From contig OY970208.1 of the NCBI GenBank assembly GCA_963713865.1, forward strand, positions 1,376,001-1,440,000: a DNA stretch of 64,000 bases. The letters are read 5' to 3'. Each line of letters begins with the position of its first letter. Within the stretch, counting starts at the first letter, position 1. Below, piece after piece: positions 9,521 to 19,536 of the stretch. Made by a program: the position numbers and the translations under genes. Source of the stretch: an uncultured candidate division Zixibacteria bacterium. GTDB lineage: Bacteria; Zixibacteria; MSB-5A5; RBG-16-43-9. The notes beneath the pieces were generated by a model. It was not told where the DNA came from. It ran no database searches and was given only the letters and a program-made list of their open reading frames with translations.

Positions 9521-11980
9521 TTGTCAAAGAGAGATAGAGAGAGGAAAAAGGAAAAAGCCGAGATCAAGGTAAAAGAGAAGAAAGATTTATGGGTGGATAC
9601 TTTTGAAAAGGAAGGCAAAATATTTAATCTAAGCGCAATTCTTCTTTTTCTGATATTGACCGTAATCATGTTTGGCAAATTCATCTTCTCGGATATGATG
9701 CTTTTGGGTACGGATACCATTGAAGCCGGGGTTATGTTTAAAACTTTTTATGTAGATTTCATCAAACAATATCATTCCATGCCACTGTGGGAACCATATC
9801 TTTTTGGAGGGATGCCTTTTATCGATGCCATGCATGGTGATACCTTTTATCCTTTGGCTATTATCCAATTTATTCTACCTTTATATAAAGCCTTAGGCTG
9901 GAAATTAGTTCTCACTGTTTTTTTAACCGGGATTTTTACTTTCCACTGTATGAGAGCTTTTGGATTCAGCCGGTGGGTTTCGCTCATCGGCGCTTTAGCC
10001 TATATGTTCTCAGCCAATCTGGTTTCCTGGGTTTATGGAGGTCACGACGGTAGAATGTATGTTACCAGCCTTTTACCTTTAAATTTTCTTTTCTTAGAAA
10101 AAAGCCTAAAGTCCAGAAAATTGATTTATTTTATACTCTTCGGAGGGACAGTCGGTCTTCTGATCTTGGCGAATCATCCTCAATTGGCTTATTTTGCCAC
10201 GTGGGGTTTAGGTCTTTATTTTCTATTTAGCCTGATCTGGGATTATAAAGATAATAAAAAAATTGGAAGACTTGTAAAACCCGTGGTCTATTTTGTAGTA
10301 GCTGTCCTTTTAGGATTAGCTTTGTCTTTAGTTCAGATTCTGCCACCTTATATTTATGTAAACAAATATTCTCCCCGGGCAGAAGGTGGTAAGGGGTATG
10401 AATATTCTACCTCCTGGTCTTTTCACCCGGAGGAGATAGCGTCTCAACTTGTACCTGAGTTCGTTGGGATAAATTTACAAAACGAGGGTGATACCTACTG
10501 GGGAAGAAACAGTTTTAAGATTAATAGCGATTATGCTGGGATCGTTCCTTTAATTTTTGCTTTTTTAGCTCTTTTCCTGGTGCGTAACCGGAAGATCTGG
10601 TTTTTTTCGGGACTTTCTTTATTAGCTTTAATCTATTCTCTGGGGGCACATACTCCCATTTTCAGGCTTTTCTATCATTTCGTCCCACAGGTGAAAAGCT
10701 TTCGTGCTCCAGGGCTGATACTTTTCCTTATGGTTTTCTCTATTGCGGTTATAGCTCTTTTTGGACTGGAAAAAATCCTGGGTGGAATCAAAGATTTAAA
10801 AGAAAAGAAAAAAATCAACAATCTCCTCCTAATTCTGGTTATCTCTTTCTTTGGCTTAGCTTTTCTTTTCAGCGTGGCTGGTAGTGGGCTTCTTTCATTA
10901 TGGAATGCTGTTCTATACTCAGATATCCTTCCTCAGAAAAAAGAGGTAATGCTTTCGAATCTGTCTAATATCAGCAAGGGTTTCTGGATAACTTTCCTTT
11001 TAGTAAGTGGGGTATGTTTAAGTATCTACCTGTACCTGAAGGACAAATTAAAAAAAGGGTATTTTCTTTTCCTGGTGGGGATACTTCTTTTCCTGGATCT
11101 GTGGAGGTGGGATGCAAAATTTATCCAGAATTTTGATTACCATTCTTATTTCCAGAAAGATCAGATTGTCGATTATCTAAAGAATGATGGTGAGCCATAC
11201 AGGGTTATGGTTTTAGGAGGTACCTATCCTTCTAATAATTTCTTAGCTTTATACGGGATCGAAGAAGTTTTAGGATATCATGGTAATGAGCTAAAGAAAT
11301 ATGACGAGTTTACAGAAAAGGATTACTTAGAAAGTGCCAGAACTCAGGCTGAGGCTGGTGAAAGGTATCTTAGATTTCTTATGGGTCCAAAGCTTGACCT
11401 TCTGAATGTTAAATATCTTTTGTTCAGAGGTGTCTTCCCGGACACATCCAGGTATAAACTGATCTATAGAGCAGATGAGAAAAATCTATATCTAAACCCC
11501 AGATATCTTCAACGTGCCAGGATGGTTTACAAATATGAAGTTATTAAAAATAAAGAGATGATCTTAAAAAGGTTGAATGATCCTGACTTTAATTATCGTG
11601 AAACCATTATCTTAGAAGAAGATCTGGGAATTGCCACGTGTAGAGACGCATCGCTATGCGTCTCTGCACCAGCACGGATTATAGAGAATAAGATAAACAG
11701 TTTGACGATTGAGGCAAAAACCGATATTCCCGGATTTTTAGTCCTGGCTGAAAATAATTATCCCTCCTGGAAAGCTATAGTTGATGGTAAGGAGACTAAA
11801 ATATATACCGCAGATTATATCTTTCGGGCAATTCCCCTGGATAAAGGTGTACATAAGATCAAATTAGTCTATGATTCAAAATCTTATAAAATCGGTAAAA
11901 CGAGCAGTCTATTGACAGCCATATTTTATCTTTTTATATTAGGATTTTTCCTTACTGGAAAGCTTAAGCAAAGCCGATAA
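9521..11980 (+). CDS. YfhO-family (GT-C-like) membrane protein
   Basis: 'PLWEPYLFGGMPF', many TMs, C-terminal 'ENNYPSWKAIVDG...ADYIFRAI' domain. Confidence 0.85.
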   Translation: MSKRDRERKKEKAEIKVKEKKDLWVDTFEKEGKIFNLSAILLFLILTVIMFGKFIFSDMMLLGTDTIEAGVMFKTFYVDFIKQYHSMPLWEPYLFGGMPFIDAMHGDTFYPLAIIQFILPLYKALGWKLVLTVFLTGIFTFHCMRAFGFSRWVSLIGALAYMFSANLVSWVYGGHDGRMYVTSLLPLNFLFLEKSLKSRKLIYFILFGGTVGLLILANHPQLAYFATWGLGLYFLFSLIWDYKDNKKIGRLVKPVVYFVVAVLLGLALSLVQILPPYIYVNKYSPRAEGGKGYEYSTSWSFHPEEIASQLVPEFVGINLQNEGDTYWGRNSFKINSDYAGIVPLIFAFLALFLVRNRKIWFFSGLSLLALIYSLGAHTPIFRLFYHFVPQVKSFRAPGLILFLMVFSIAVIALFGLEKILGGIKDLKEKKKINNLLLILVISFFGLAFLFSVAGSGLLSLWNAVLYSDILPQKKEVMLSNLSNISKGFWITFLLVSGVCLSIYLYLKDKLKKGYFLFLVGILLFLDLWRWDAKFIQNFDYHSYFQKDQIVDYLKNDGEPYRVMVLGGTYPSNNFLALYGIEEVLGYHGNELKKYDEFTEKDYLESARTQAEAGERYLRFLMGPKLDLLNVKYLLFRGVFPDTSRYKLIYRADEKNLYLNPRYLQRARMVYKYEVIKNKEMILKRLNDPDFNYRETIILEEDLGIATCRDASLCVSAPARIIENKINSLTIEAKTDIPGFLVLAENNYPSWKAIVDGKETKIYTADYIFRAIPLDKGVHKIKLVYDSKSYKIGKTSSLLTAIFYLFILGFFLTGKLKQSR
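11639..11668. repeat. GTAG-type REP palindrome inserted in-frame in the YfhO-like gene
   Basis: TGTAGAGACGCAT-cgct-ATGCGTCTCTGCA; intergenic siblings at 25315, 28792, 45704. Confidence 0.8.
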
Positions 11981-12016
11981 AAGCCTTACGGCTCGTAGAA
12001 AGGAGAATCTTAAAGG

Positions 12017-12730
12017 ATGAAAACGTTAGTCATAATACCCACCTATAATGAAAAAGAAAATATAGGAAAGATCATCCCTTTAGTTCTGGAACAGGATCCG
12101 GATATAGAAGTTTTAGTGGTGGATGATAACTCTCCAGATGGAACTGGTAAAATAGTTGAGGAGATAATAGCTACAAACCGCAGAGTAAACTTAATACAGA
12201 GGGTGAAAAAAAGCGGACTGGGCACGGCCTATTTAGCTGGTTTTCAGTATGCCCTGGAAAATGGCTATGATTATATATTCGAGATGGATTCAGATTTTTC
12301 TCATGATCCTGCATATATACCGTATTTCCTCAGTGCTATACGGGAGGCAGACTTAGTTTTGGGCTCACGCTATATAAAAGGTGTAAATGTAGTAAACTGG
12401 CCTATTACTAGATTACTTCTTTCATATTATGCTAATGTCTATGCTCGCTGGGTTACAGGACTGCCAGTAAAGGATTCCACCGGAGGATTTAAATGTTTCA
12501 AAAAAGAGGTATTAGAGAAGATCGGTTTAGATAGAATCCATTCGAACGGTTATGCTTTTCAGATAGAGATGAGCTTCCGTGCCTGGAAAAAGGGTTTCAA
12601 AATAAAGGAGATACCGATTATCTTTGTAGATCGGAGGGAAGGCGAGTCCAAAATGTCCAAAAAAATTGTGCGGGAGGCTATCTGGATGGTCTGGAAGCTT
12701 AGATTCTTGAGTCTCTTAGGACGATTATGA
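12017..12730 (+). CDS. Polyprenol monophosphomannose synthase (Dpm1/Ppm1-like)
   Basis: 'IIPTYNEKENI', 'VDDNSPDGTG', 'EMDSDFSHDP', 'SNGYAFQIE'. Confidence 0.92.
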   Translation: MKTLVIIPTYNEKENIGKIIPLVLEQDPDIEVLVVDDNSPDGTGKIVEEIIATNRRVNLIQRVKKSGLGTAYLAGFQYALENGYDYIFEMDSDFSHDPAYIPYFLSAIREADLVLGSRYIKGVNVVNWPITRLLLSYYANVYARWVTGLPVKDSTGGFKCFKKEVLEKIGLDRIHSNGYAFQIEMSFRAWKKGFKIKEIPIIFVDRREGESKMSKKIVREAIWMVWKLRFLSLLGRL

Positions 12731-13674
12731 GATCCGAAATAGATCCTGCAGGGGCACGTTGTCCCGCCTCTGGCGGGATGCCCCTACCATCTTCCGAGGA
12801 TAAATACGATCTCTCTATCGTGATAGTAAATTATAAGGCTAAAGCGCTTTTAAAAGAATGCCTGGATTCTATCTACCAGTCAACAACTAACCTCCATTTT
12901 GACACCTGGCTGATTGATAACGCTTCCAGGGATGATACAGCAAAATGGGTGAGAGAAAATTTTCCAGAGGTTAAATTGATAGAAAATAGGTGGAATTCAG
13001 GTTTTTCAAAAGCAACTAACCAGGGGATAAGAAAAAGTCAGGGAAGATATTTGCTTTTGTTTAATCCGGACACGAAAATCGTTAGTGAGGGAATGGATCA
13101 GATTTTAAAGTTTATGGAGGAGAATCCAGAGGTCGGGATCTGTAGCCCTAAGATGATAGATGGAAAAGGGAACCTGCTTTATTCCTGCAGGTCTTTTCCC
13201 AATTATTTTACTTCTATCTCCTCTTCCCAATCTTTATTGAACCGATTCTTTCCCCAGAACCCGTTATCTAAAAGGTATCTTCTGAAAGGTCTGGATCGAG
13301 CCGAGGTGAGGGAGGTGGATTGGGTCTCAGGCTCCTGCCTTTTTGCTCGCAGGAAAATGCTGGAGGAGATCGGATTATTAGATGAAAACTATTTTATGTT
13401 CTGCGAGGATGTGGATCTGTGTCTGCGGGCAAAAAAAGGTGGCTGGAAAGTATTCTATTTCCCTCTCTTAACTATAGTGCATCAGATCGGTGGATCTACT
13501 TCTTTTAATCCCTTACGGGCAAAATTAGAACATCACCGCAGCATGTATTATTTTTTTAAAAAGCATTATCGACCAAATTGGATCTTGAGATTTTTAATAT
13601 TTAGCGGACTTCTTCTCCGTTTACTCTTTTTAGCTTTTAGTTTTATACTGACAAAACCTTCAAAAAGAGGGTAA
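12727..13674 (+). CDS. GT2 glycosyltransferase (WbbL-like)
   Basis: 'SIVIVNY', 'DNASRD', 'LFNPD', 'DWVSGSC', 'FMFCEDVDLC'; ATGA overlap with the upstream gene. Confidence 0.9.
   Translation: MRSEIDPAGARCPASGGMPLPSSEDKYDLSIVIVNYKAKALLKECLDSIYQSTTNLHFDTWLIDNASRDDTAKWVRENFPEVKLIENRWNSGFSKATNQGIRKSQGRYLLLFNPDTKIVSEGMDQILKFMEENPEVGICSPKMIDGKGNLLYSCRSFPNYFTSISSSQSLLNRFFPQNPLSKRYLLKGLDRAEVREVDWVSGSCLFARRKMLEEIGLLDENYFMFCEDVDLCLRAKKGGWKVFYFPLLTIVHQIGGSTSFNPLRAKLEHHRSMYYFFKKHYRPNWILRFLIFSGLLLRLLFLAFSFILTKPSKRG
12748..12787. repeat. Nested REP-like palindrome within the GT2 5' end
   Basis: GCAGGGGCA...TGCCCCTAC arms enclosing TCCCGCCTCTGGCGGGA. Confidence 0.75.
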
Positions 13675-13681
13675 AGGAAAA

Positions 13682-14752
13682 TTGGAACATTACATTTTTA
13701 TTCTGGCATTTTCATTTTTGTTAAGCTTAATCTTTACTTCTCTGGTCAAGCGGTTTGCGATCCAGTACCATCTTTTAGATTATCCCGATAAGAGGAAGAT
13801 CCATCAAAGCCCTACTCCAACCCTGGGAGGGATTGCTCTATTCTTTGCTTTTAATTTAAGTCTCTGGATAACTTTGATCTGGGAAAGTTCGGTCCTTTCA
13901 TACGATTTGAAGTATTTTTTAGGTTTTACCTTGGGAGGGGTGGTGATTTTATCCTCCGGGATTTATGATGACCTGAAAAACCTTAAAGCTCTCTGGAAAA
14001 TATCATTTCAATCCCTGGCCGTCTTAATCTTGATCTTATTCGGATTACACATAAATATTATTTATGTTCCCTTTTTTAAGGTGGTGAATCTGGGAATTCT
14101 TTCATTTCCGGTCACATTTATCTGGTGTCTGGTGATCATAAACGCGTTTAATTTGATAGATGGCTTAGATGGGCTGGCAGCTGGTCTCTCGTTTATTGCC
14201 TCCTTGACTTTGTTAGGGGTTGGTATTTTCCTCGGGGTGAAAATTATCTCTTTTATCTCCTTAGGGCTTTTAGGTGTTTGTCTGGGTTTCTTGAGATTTA
14301 ACTATCCTCCAGCCAAGATTTTCATGGGAGATTCCGGCTCTTTATATTTAGGATATATCTTCGCGGCGGAGAGCATCATCTGTCCGATAAAAAGTTATAC
14401 TGCCATAGCTCTGTTTGTTCCTCTTTTAGCTTTAGGATTACCCATATTTGAGACTTTCTTCTCCTTTTTCAGAAGGACTTTAAATAATAAGAGATTCTAT
14501 CACGCCGACAAGAGACACCTTTTTCATTTTTTGCTGGGAAAAGGGTTCAGTCAAAATTTAACTATCTGGATTTTTTATATTTTTTCCATTATATTAAATA
14601 TAATGACCTGGACTGTTTTGGTCCGGAAGTATAGATTTGCTTTTTCTTTTCTCATAACGATTCTGGGAATTCTGATTTTAGCTTTAGCATTCTTTCTGTT
14701 CAAGAAAAGTTTAACTGGTAGATTCGAGAGACGGATAAAAGGTAGTCGATAA
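13682..14752 (+). CDS. wecA: Undecaprenyl-phosphate GlcNAc-1-phosphate transferase (WecA/TagO, MraY family)
   Basis: 'PTLGG', 'GIYDD', '[12 protein letters not shown]', '[15 protein letters not shown]', 'DKRHLFH'. Confidence 0.88.
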   Translation: MEHYIFILAFSFLLSLIFTSLVKRFAIQYHLLDYPDKRKIHQSPTPTLGGIALFFAFNLSLWITLIWESSVLSYDLKYFLGFTLGGVVILSSGIYDDLKNLKALWKISFQSLAVLILILFGLHINIIYVPFFKVVNLGILSFPVTFIWCLVIINAFNLIDGLDGLAAGLSFIASLTLLGVGIFLGVKIISFISLGLLGVCLGFLRFNYPPAKIFMGDSGSLYLGYIFAAESIICPIKSYTAIALFVPLLALGLPIFETFFSFFRRTLNNKRFYHADKRHLFHFLLGKGFSQNLTIWIFYIFSIILNIMTWTVLVRKYRFAFSFLITILGILILALAFFLFKKSLTGRFERRIKGSR

Positions 14753-14772
14753 AAACATTACGGTCTGTAAGG

Positions 14773-15774
14773 ATGAATGGTCAATATTTGGATTTCGAAA
14801 AGCCGATTCTGGATCTGGAAAAGAAGATCCAGGATATGAAAGATTTTGCTTCAGGTGAAAGCTTAGAACTCGCCAGGGAGATACTGTTTCTGGAAAGACG
14901 TCGGGATAAGCTCCAGCAGGAGATATATTCAAGACTTACCCGCTGGCAGAGGGTCCAGTTAGCAAGGCATCCACTGCGACCTCACAGTTTTGATTACATA
15001 AATCTGATGAGCACCGATTTCATAGAACTACACGGGGATAGAGAGTTTAGAGATGATAAGGCCTTAGTGGGGGGATTTGGAAAAATCGAGGGGAGACCGG
15101 TTATGTTTATTGGTCAGCAGAAAGGCCGGGATACAAAGCAGAAGCTTTATCGTAATTTCGGGATGATGCATCCAGAGGGTTACCGAAAAGCATTGAGGTT
15201 AATGCAACTTGCCTCCCGCTTTGAGAAGCCGATAGTTATTCTGATTGATACGCCAGGAGCCTTTCCTGGAATCGGAGCTGAAGAAAGAGGGCAGGCAGAG
15301 GCGATTGCCAGAAACTTAAGGGAGATGTTCAGGTTAAAAGTGCCAATTACCATCAATATTGTGGGAGAAGGGGCAAGCGGTGGTGCTCTGGGTATTGGAA
15401 TCGGAGATCTGGTTTTAATGTTAGAAAACTCCTGGTATTCAGTTATCTCTCCGGAAGGATGTGCTGCTATTTTATGGAGAGATAGCTCTAAGGCTCCACT
15501 GGCAGCAGAAGCCTTGAAACTTTCTGCCTTTGATTTAGAGGAACTAAAAGTTATTGATCGGATAATCCCCGAGCCATTAGGCGGAGCTCATAGAAATCCT
15601 AAAGGAGCTTCAGATATATTAAAAAAAGAGATAATAAAAGATTTGAATGAGCTTTCAAAATTAGGGGTAGAAGAACTTATAAAGAAAAGGATTGAGAAAT
15701 TCAGGAAGATGGGTGTATTTTTGAAGGAAGATTACCGAACTGAGGATAAAGAAGGTCAGATGGAAGGTATTTGA
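14773..15774 (+). CDS. accA: Acetyl-CoA carboxylase carboxyltransferase alpha subunit
   Basis: 'LDFEKPI', 'ELHGDR', '[17 protein letters not shown]', 'GEGASGGAL'. Confidence 0.97.
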   Translation: MNGQYLDFEKPILDLEKKIQDMKDFASGESLELAREILFLERRRDKLQQEIYSRLTRWQRVQLARHPLRPHSFDYINLMSTDFIELHGDREFRDDKALVGGFGKIEGRPVMFIGQQKGRDTKQKLYRNFGMMHPEGYRKALRLMQLASRFEKPIVILIDTPGAFPGIGAEERGQAEAIARNLREMFRLKVPITINIVGEGASGGALGIGIGDLVLMLENSWYSVISPEGCAAILWRDSSKAPLAAEALKLSAFDLEELKVIDRIIPEPLGGAHRNPKGASDILKKEIIKDLNELSKLGVEELIKKRIEKFRKMGVFLKEDYRTEDKEGQMEGI

Positions 15775-15881
15775 GTAGAAGGAAGAAGATTTTGTATTAA
15801 ACTACAAAACCAGAGGTGAACATAGTTCTACTCAAAGTTGTAGTCAACCTAAACGAGAAAAATATTAAATGGAGGTAAGGG

Positions 15882-16334
15882 ATGAAACTTTCTAAATTCT
15901 GTGCAGAGGATTTAATCACTTTTGACCTTAAAGGTAAATTGAAAAACGAAGTCATAGAAGAGTTAGTGAATTTAACCTCCAAGTCGAAGTTGGTTAAGGA
16001 TAAAGAAGAGGTTTTAAAAGCGGTTTTAGAACGGGAGAAATTAGTTACCACGGGAGTGGGGTACGGAGTTGCTTTCCCTCATGCTAAGACTAAAGCTGTT
16101 AAGGGAATTGTAATTGCCTTTGGTCGATCTAAAGCGGGGATAGATTTTGAGGCGATGGATAAAAAGCCAGCTTATCTTTTTTTCCTGATTGTAGCACCAG
16201 AGGATGCCATAGGCGCTCATCTTAACGTTATGGCACGTCTATCCTATCTGATGAAAAGCGAAAAGAACCGGGAGAGCTTGATGAAGATAAGCAGCCCCAA
16301 GGAGCTTTTGGAGGTTTTAGACTCTGTAGAGTAA
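15882..16334 (+). CDS. PTS IIA component (fructose/nitrogen-regulatory PtsN-like)
   Basis: 'EREKLVTTGVGYGVAFPHAK' phospho-His motif. Confidence 0.9.
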   Translation: MKLSKFCAEDLITFDLKGKLKNEVIEELVNLTSKSKLVKDKEEVLKAVLEREKLVTTGVGYGVAFPHAKTKAVKGIVIAFGRSKAGIDFEAMDKKPAYLFFLIVAPEDAIGAHLNVMARLSYLMKSEKNRESLMKISSPKELLEVLDSVE

Positions 16335-16361
16335 TGATAAACTTCACGAGGGGGAGGGAAT

Positions 16362-17168
16362 TTGCCATTTTTTCCACTTGACATTCTAACCCAGAGGATG
16401 GGTTTATTCGTAAAAGGGAAAAGTTCAGTCACTTTTCTGGTTCTTTCCGTTTTATCTTTGATATTGTTGATCTTGCCAGTAAAGATGAAAAAAAATATTT
16501 CTGAGGGGATCTTTAGTTTTACTTATGGACCTTTCTATTCACTGTCTAATCGAATAGGAGAACTACACCAGGTCTATCAGAACAACAGGATTTTAATTGA
16601 GAAAGTTACCAGGCTTACTTTAGAAAATACCCGGTTGAAAGAGAAAGGATTAGAGAATGAAAGGCTGAAAAAGATGCTGGATTTCAAGTCGCAGAGCAGT
16701 TTCAAGCTAATCCCAGCTGAGGTTATCTCTGCAGAGCCGGGAAGATTCCCTGGTTCTATCTTGATAAATTTAGGGGAGAAAGATGGTGTTAAAAAGAATA
16801 TGACGATAATTAATATCGATGGTGTGGTGGGTAAAGTAAGTGAGGTCCTGGTGGGAAGTTCAGTGGTTCAATTACTCTTTCATCCTAATTGCAGAGTGGC
16901 GGCTTTTGATCAGAGGAGCAGAGTTCAAGGTATTGTAAAATCTAAAGGGGGAATTATTCTGGATTTAGATAATGTTCCCTTAGATGAGGATGTTAAGCCC
17001 GGGGACGAAATTTATACTTCGGGATTAGGCGAAATATTCCCTGCAGGCTTAAAGGTTGGTCGGGTGATTATAATATCCCGAGAGAACAATTCGGTTTTTA
17101 AAACCATTAAAATTAAACCAGCTGTGGATTTCTTCAGTTTGGAGGAGCTTTTTTTAATTAAACCCTGA
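16362..17168 (+). CDS. mreC: Rod shape-determining protein MreC
   Basis: TM, coiled coil 'ENERLKKMLDF', 'TSGLGEIFPAGLKVG', 'PAVDF'; start may be ATG 16398. Confidence 0.93.
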   Translation: MPFFPLDILTQRMGLFVKGKSSVTFLVLSVLSLILLILPVKMKKNISEGIFSFTYGPFYSLSNRIGELHQVYQNNRILIEKVTRLTLENTRLKEKGLENERLKKMLDFKSQSSFKLIPAEVISAEPGRFPGSILINLGEKDGVKKNMTIINIDGVVGKVSEVLVGSSVVQLLFHPNCRVAAFDQRSRVQGIVKSKGGIILDLDNVPLDEDVKPGDEIYTSGLGEIFPAGLKVGRVIIISRENNSVFKTIKIKPAVDFFSLEELFLIKP

Positions 17169-17194
17169 TCTTAAAAAGGATTTTTAACTCCAAA

Positions 17195-17722
17195 ATGCCA
17201 GTAAGGTATCTAAACTTATCAAGGATAGTGAATATAATCTTGTTACTTTTGGTAGTGGTAGTATACCAATCATTATTCTCTGAGCTTTTAACCATTCGCC
17301 AGATAAAACTGGATCTACCTTTACTTATTCTGGTATATGTTGGATTAACCCGGGGTCCGGCTTCCGGTGCCCTTTTTGGATTTCTTGTTGGGTTATTGTT
17401 AGATCTATCTAATCCTTCTTTTTTAGGTCTGGGAGCATTAATTAAAACCTCCTTAGGGTATCTGGTAGGAAGCTTCAAGGACACTTTATTTTTAGAAAGT
17501 AACGTTTCTAAAGGGGGAGTGATATTTTTAAGCCTTGGTCTGAACGATTTTTTCTTTTATCTCTTTTCCAGTGGATTTAATTTGAACTATACCTTTTTCG
17601 TCTTCCTTAATTATACCCTTCTTTCCGGGATTTATACCGCTTTAGCCGGGTTTGTGTTTTTGTGGTATCTCCAGATCAGGAAAGCTCAAAGTTTAGCTAA
17701 TAGTTATCCTGCTAAGTTATGA
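17195..17722 (+). CDS. mreD: Rod shape-determining protein MreD
   Basis: Hydrophobic, 'GFLVGLLLDL'; between mreC and mrdA. Confidence 0.85.
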   Translation: MPVRYLNLSRIVNIILLLLVVVVYQSLFSELLTIRQIKLDLPLLILVYVGLTRGPASGALFGFLVGLLLDLSNPSFLGLGALIKTSLGYLVGSFKDTLFLESNVSKGGVIFLSLGLNDFFFYLFSSGFNLNYTFFVFLNYTLLSGIYTALAGFVFLWYLQIRKAQSLANSYPAKL

Positions 17723-19536
17723 AAGGGAGTAGAATCTCAGATTATAATCGGGGGAAGGTGGCCTATTATTTTTTGGGGGTCATAGCCTTTGCATTGATAT
17801 TCAGGCTGATTTATCTTCAGATCATCGATTTTGCCTATTATCGTAAAGTATCTGAGGAGAATAGAATCAGGCTGGTATCAATTCCTGCTCCCCGAGGGGT
17901 GATCCGGGACCGAAATCAAAAAAAGATGGTTACCAATCGCACCTCCTATACCCTTTTTTTATTACCGTACGAAATTTCAAATCTAGATGAGCTGGTAAAG
18001 AAAACTTCAACTATTTTAAAATTAGATGAATCTTTTTTAAAAGAGAAGGTTAAGGCAGGTCTGGTGAATCGTTACACGCCGGTAAAGCTAATAAGAGATA
18101 TAGATTTTAAAACGATATGTGTTCTGGAAGAGCAGAACGATGAATTGCCCGGGGTGATCTATCAAGTGGAGAAAGTGAGGAGTTACCCGCGGGCTTTCTG
18201 GTCCGGTCATCTTTTTGGGTATGTGGGGGAGGTTTCTCAGAAAGAGATAGATAATTCAGGGGATAAAGGATTGAGACTGGGAAGTAACATTGGCAAAGAA
18301 GGTTTGGAAAAAGAGTATGATGAGATCCTGAGGGGGGTGGATGGGATGAGTTTCTTAGAGGTAAGTGCAAGTGGAAAGGTCCTGGGACCTCTTAAGGATA
18401 AAGAATCTTTACCTTCTTTAGCCGGATCTGATCTGGACTTAACCATAGATTATGATTTGCAGATAGAGGCAGAGTCAGCTTTGAGTAACTTTAACTCCTG
18501 CGCTCTGGTAGCTCTGGATCCTCAGAATGGTGAGGTACTGGCACTGGTGAGCAAGCCCGGGTTTGATCCGAATCAATTCAGCTCTTTCTTGGATGAAAAG
18601 ACCTGGCAGACATTGATTAATGACCCATCCCATCCTCTGCTTAATCGTTCGATTCAAGGGGTTTATCCTCCAGGCTCGACTTTTAAGCTGTTAACTGCAG
18701 CTGCTGCCTTAGAAGCGGGAATCGCGGATCGAAATACAACTTTTTCAAGCTGCTATGGCAGTTACACTTTCGGAAACAGGATTTTTAAATGTTGGAAACC
18801 TAAAGGGCATGGCAGGCTTAATCTGATTCAAGCTATTGTACAATCCTGCGATGTTTATTTCTATCAGTTAGCTTTGAAGCTGGGTTTAGATCGATGGAGC
18901 TATTATGCTTTAGAGTCCAAACTGGACAAAAATTTTAAAATAGATCTCCCGGATGAGGCTTCCGGGATGATTCCTACTCACTCCTATTACCAGAAAAAAT
19001 TCGGGAATGGTGAATGGGTCAAAAACCTGGTTATTAATTTAGGAATAGGACAGGGTGAGGTTTTGACTACCCCTTTAGGAATGGCGGTTTTCTATTCCGC
19101 CCTGGTCAATGGGGGGATTGTTTATCAGCCGCACATTCTGAATAAGATAAAATCACCCGAAGGGAAGGTTTTTATTAATAAGAGAATAGTTCTATTTCAT
19201 CTTCCTTTTTCAGAAGCCACCCTTGAAGTTTTGAAAGAAGCGCTAGTCGAAGCGGTGAACTCCCCTTCGGGAACTGGTGGATTAGCCCGTATTCCGGATA
19301 TCACCGTAGGGGGAAAAACGGGAACAGCTCAAAACCCGCACGGTAAGGAGCATGCCTGGTTTGTCGGTTTTGCGCCAGCCGAGTATCCGAAGATAGTTGT
19401 GGCAGTGTTAATAGAACAGGCTGGTCACGGTGGAACATTTGCTGCACCGGTAGCTAAAAGGATTATCACAAAATATCTCAAAGGCAAAATCGAAGAACCA
19501 GCGGAAGAAGGGAATAAAGAGTTTCTAACTGATTGA
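17719..19536 (+). CDS. mrdA: Penicillin-binding protein 2
   Basis: 'APRGVIRDRN', SxxK 'PGSTFK', 'SCDVYFY', 'KTGTAQ'. Confidence 0.95.
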   Translation: MKGSRISDYNRGKVAYYFLGVIAFALIFRLIYLQIIDFAYYRKVSEENRIRLVSIPAPRGVIRDRNQKKMVTNRTSYTLFLLPYEISNLDELVKKTSTILKLDESFLKEKVKAGLVNRYTPVKLIRDIDFKTICVLEEQNDELPGVIYQVEKVRSYPRAFWSGHLFGYVGEVSQKEIDNSGDKGLRLGSNIGKEGLEKEYDEILRGVDGMSFLEVSASGKVLGPLKDKESLPSLAGSDLDLTIDYDLQIEAESALSNFNSCALVALDPQNGEVLALVSKPGFDPNQFSSFLDEKTWQTLINDPSHPLLNRSIQGVYPPGSTFKLLTAAAALEAGIADRNTTFSSCYGSYTFGNRIFKCWKPKGHGRLNLIQAIVQSCDVYFYQLALKLGLDRWSYYALESKLDKNFKIDLPDEASGMIPTHSYYQKKFGNGEWVKNLVINLGIGQGEVLTTPLGMAVFYSALVNGGIVYQPHILNKIKSPEGKVFINKRIVLFHLPFSEATLEVLKEALVEAVNSPSGTGGLARIPDITVGGKTGTAQNPHGKEHAWFVGFAPAEYPKIVVAVLIEQAGHGGTFAAPVAKRIITKYLKGKIEEPAEEGNKEFLTD

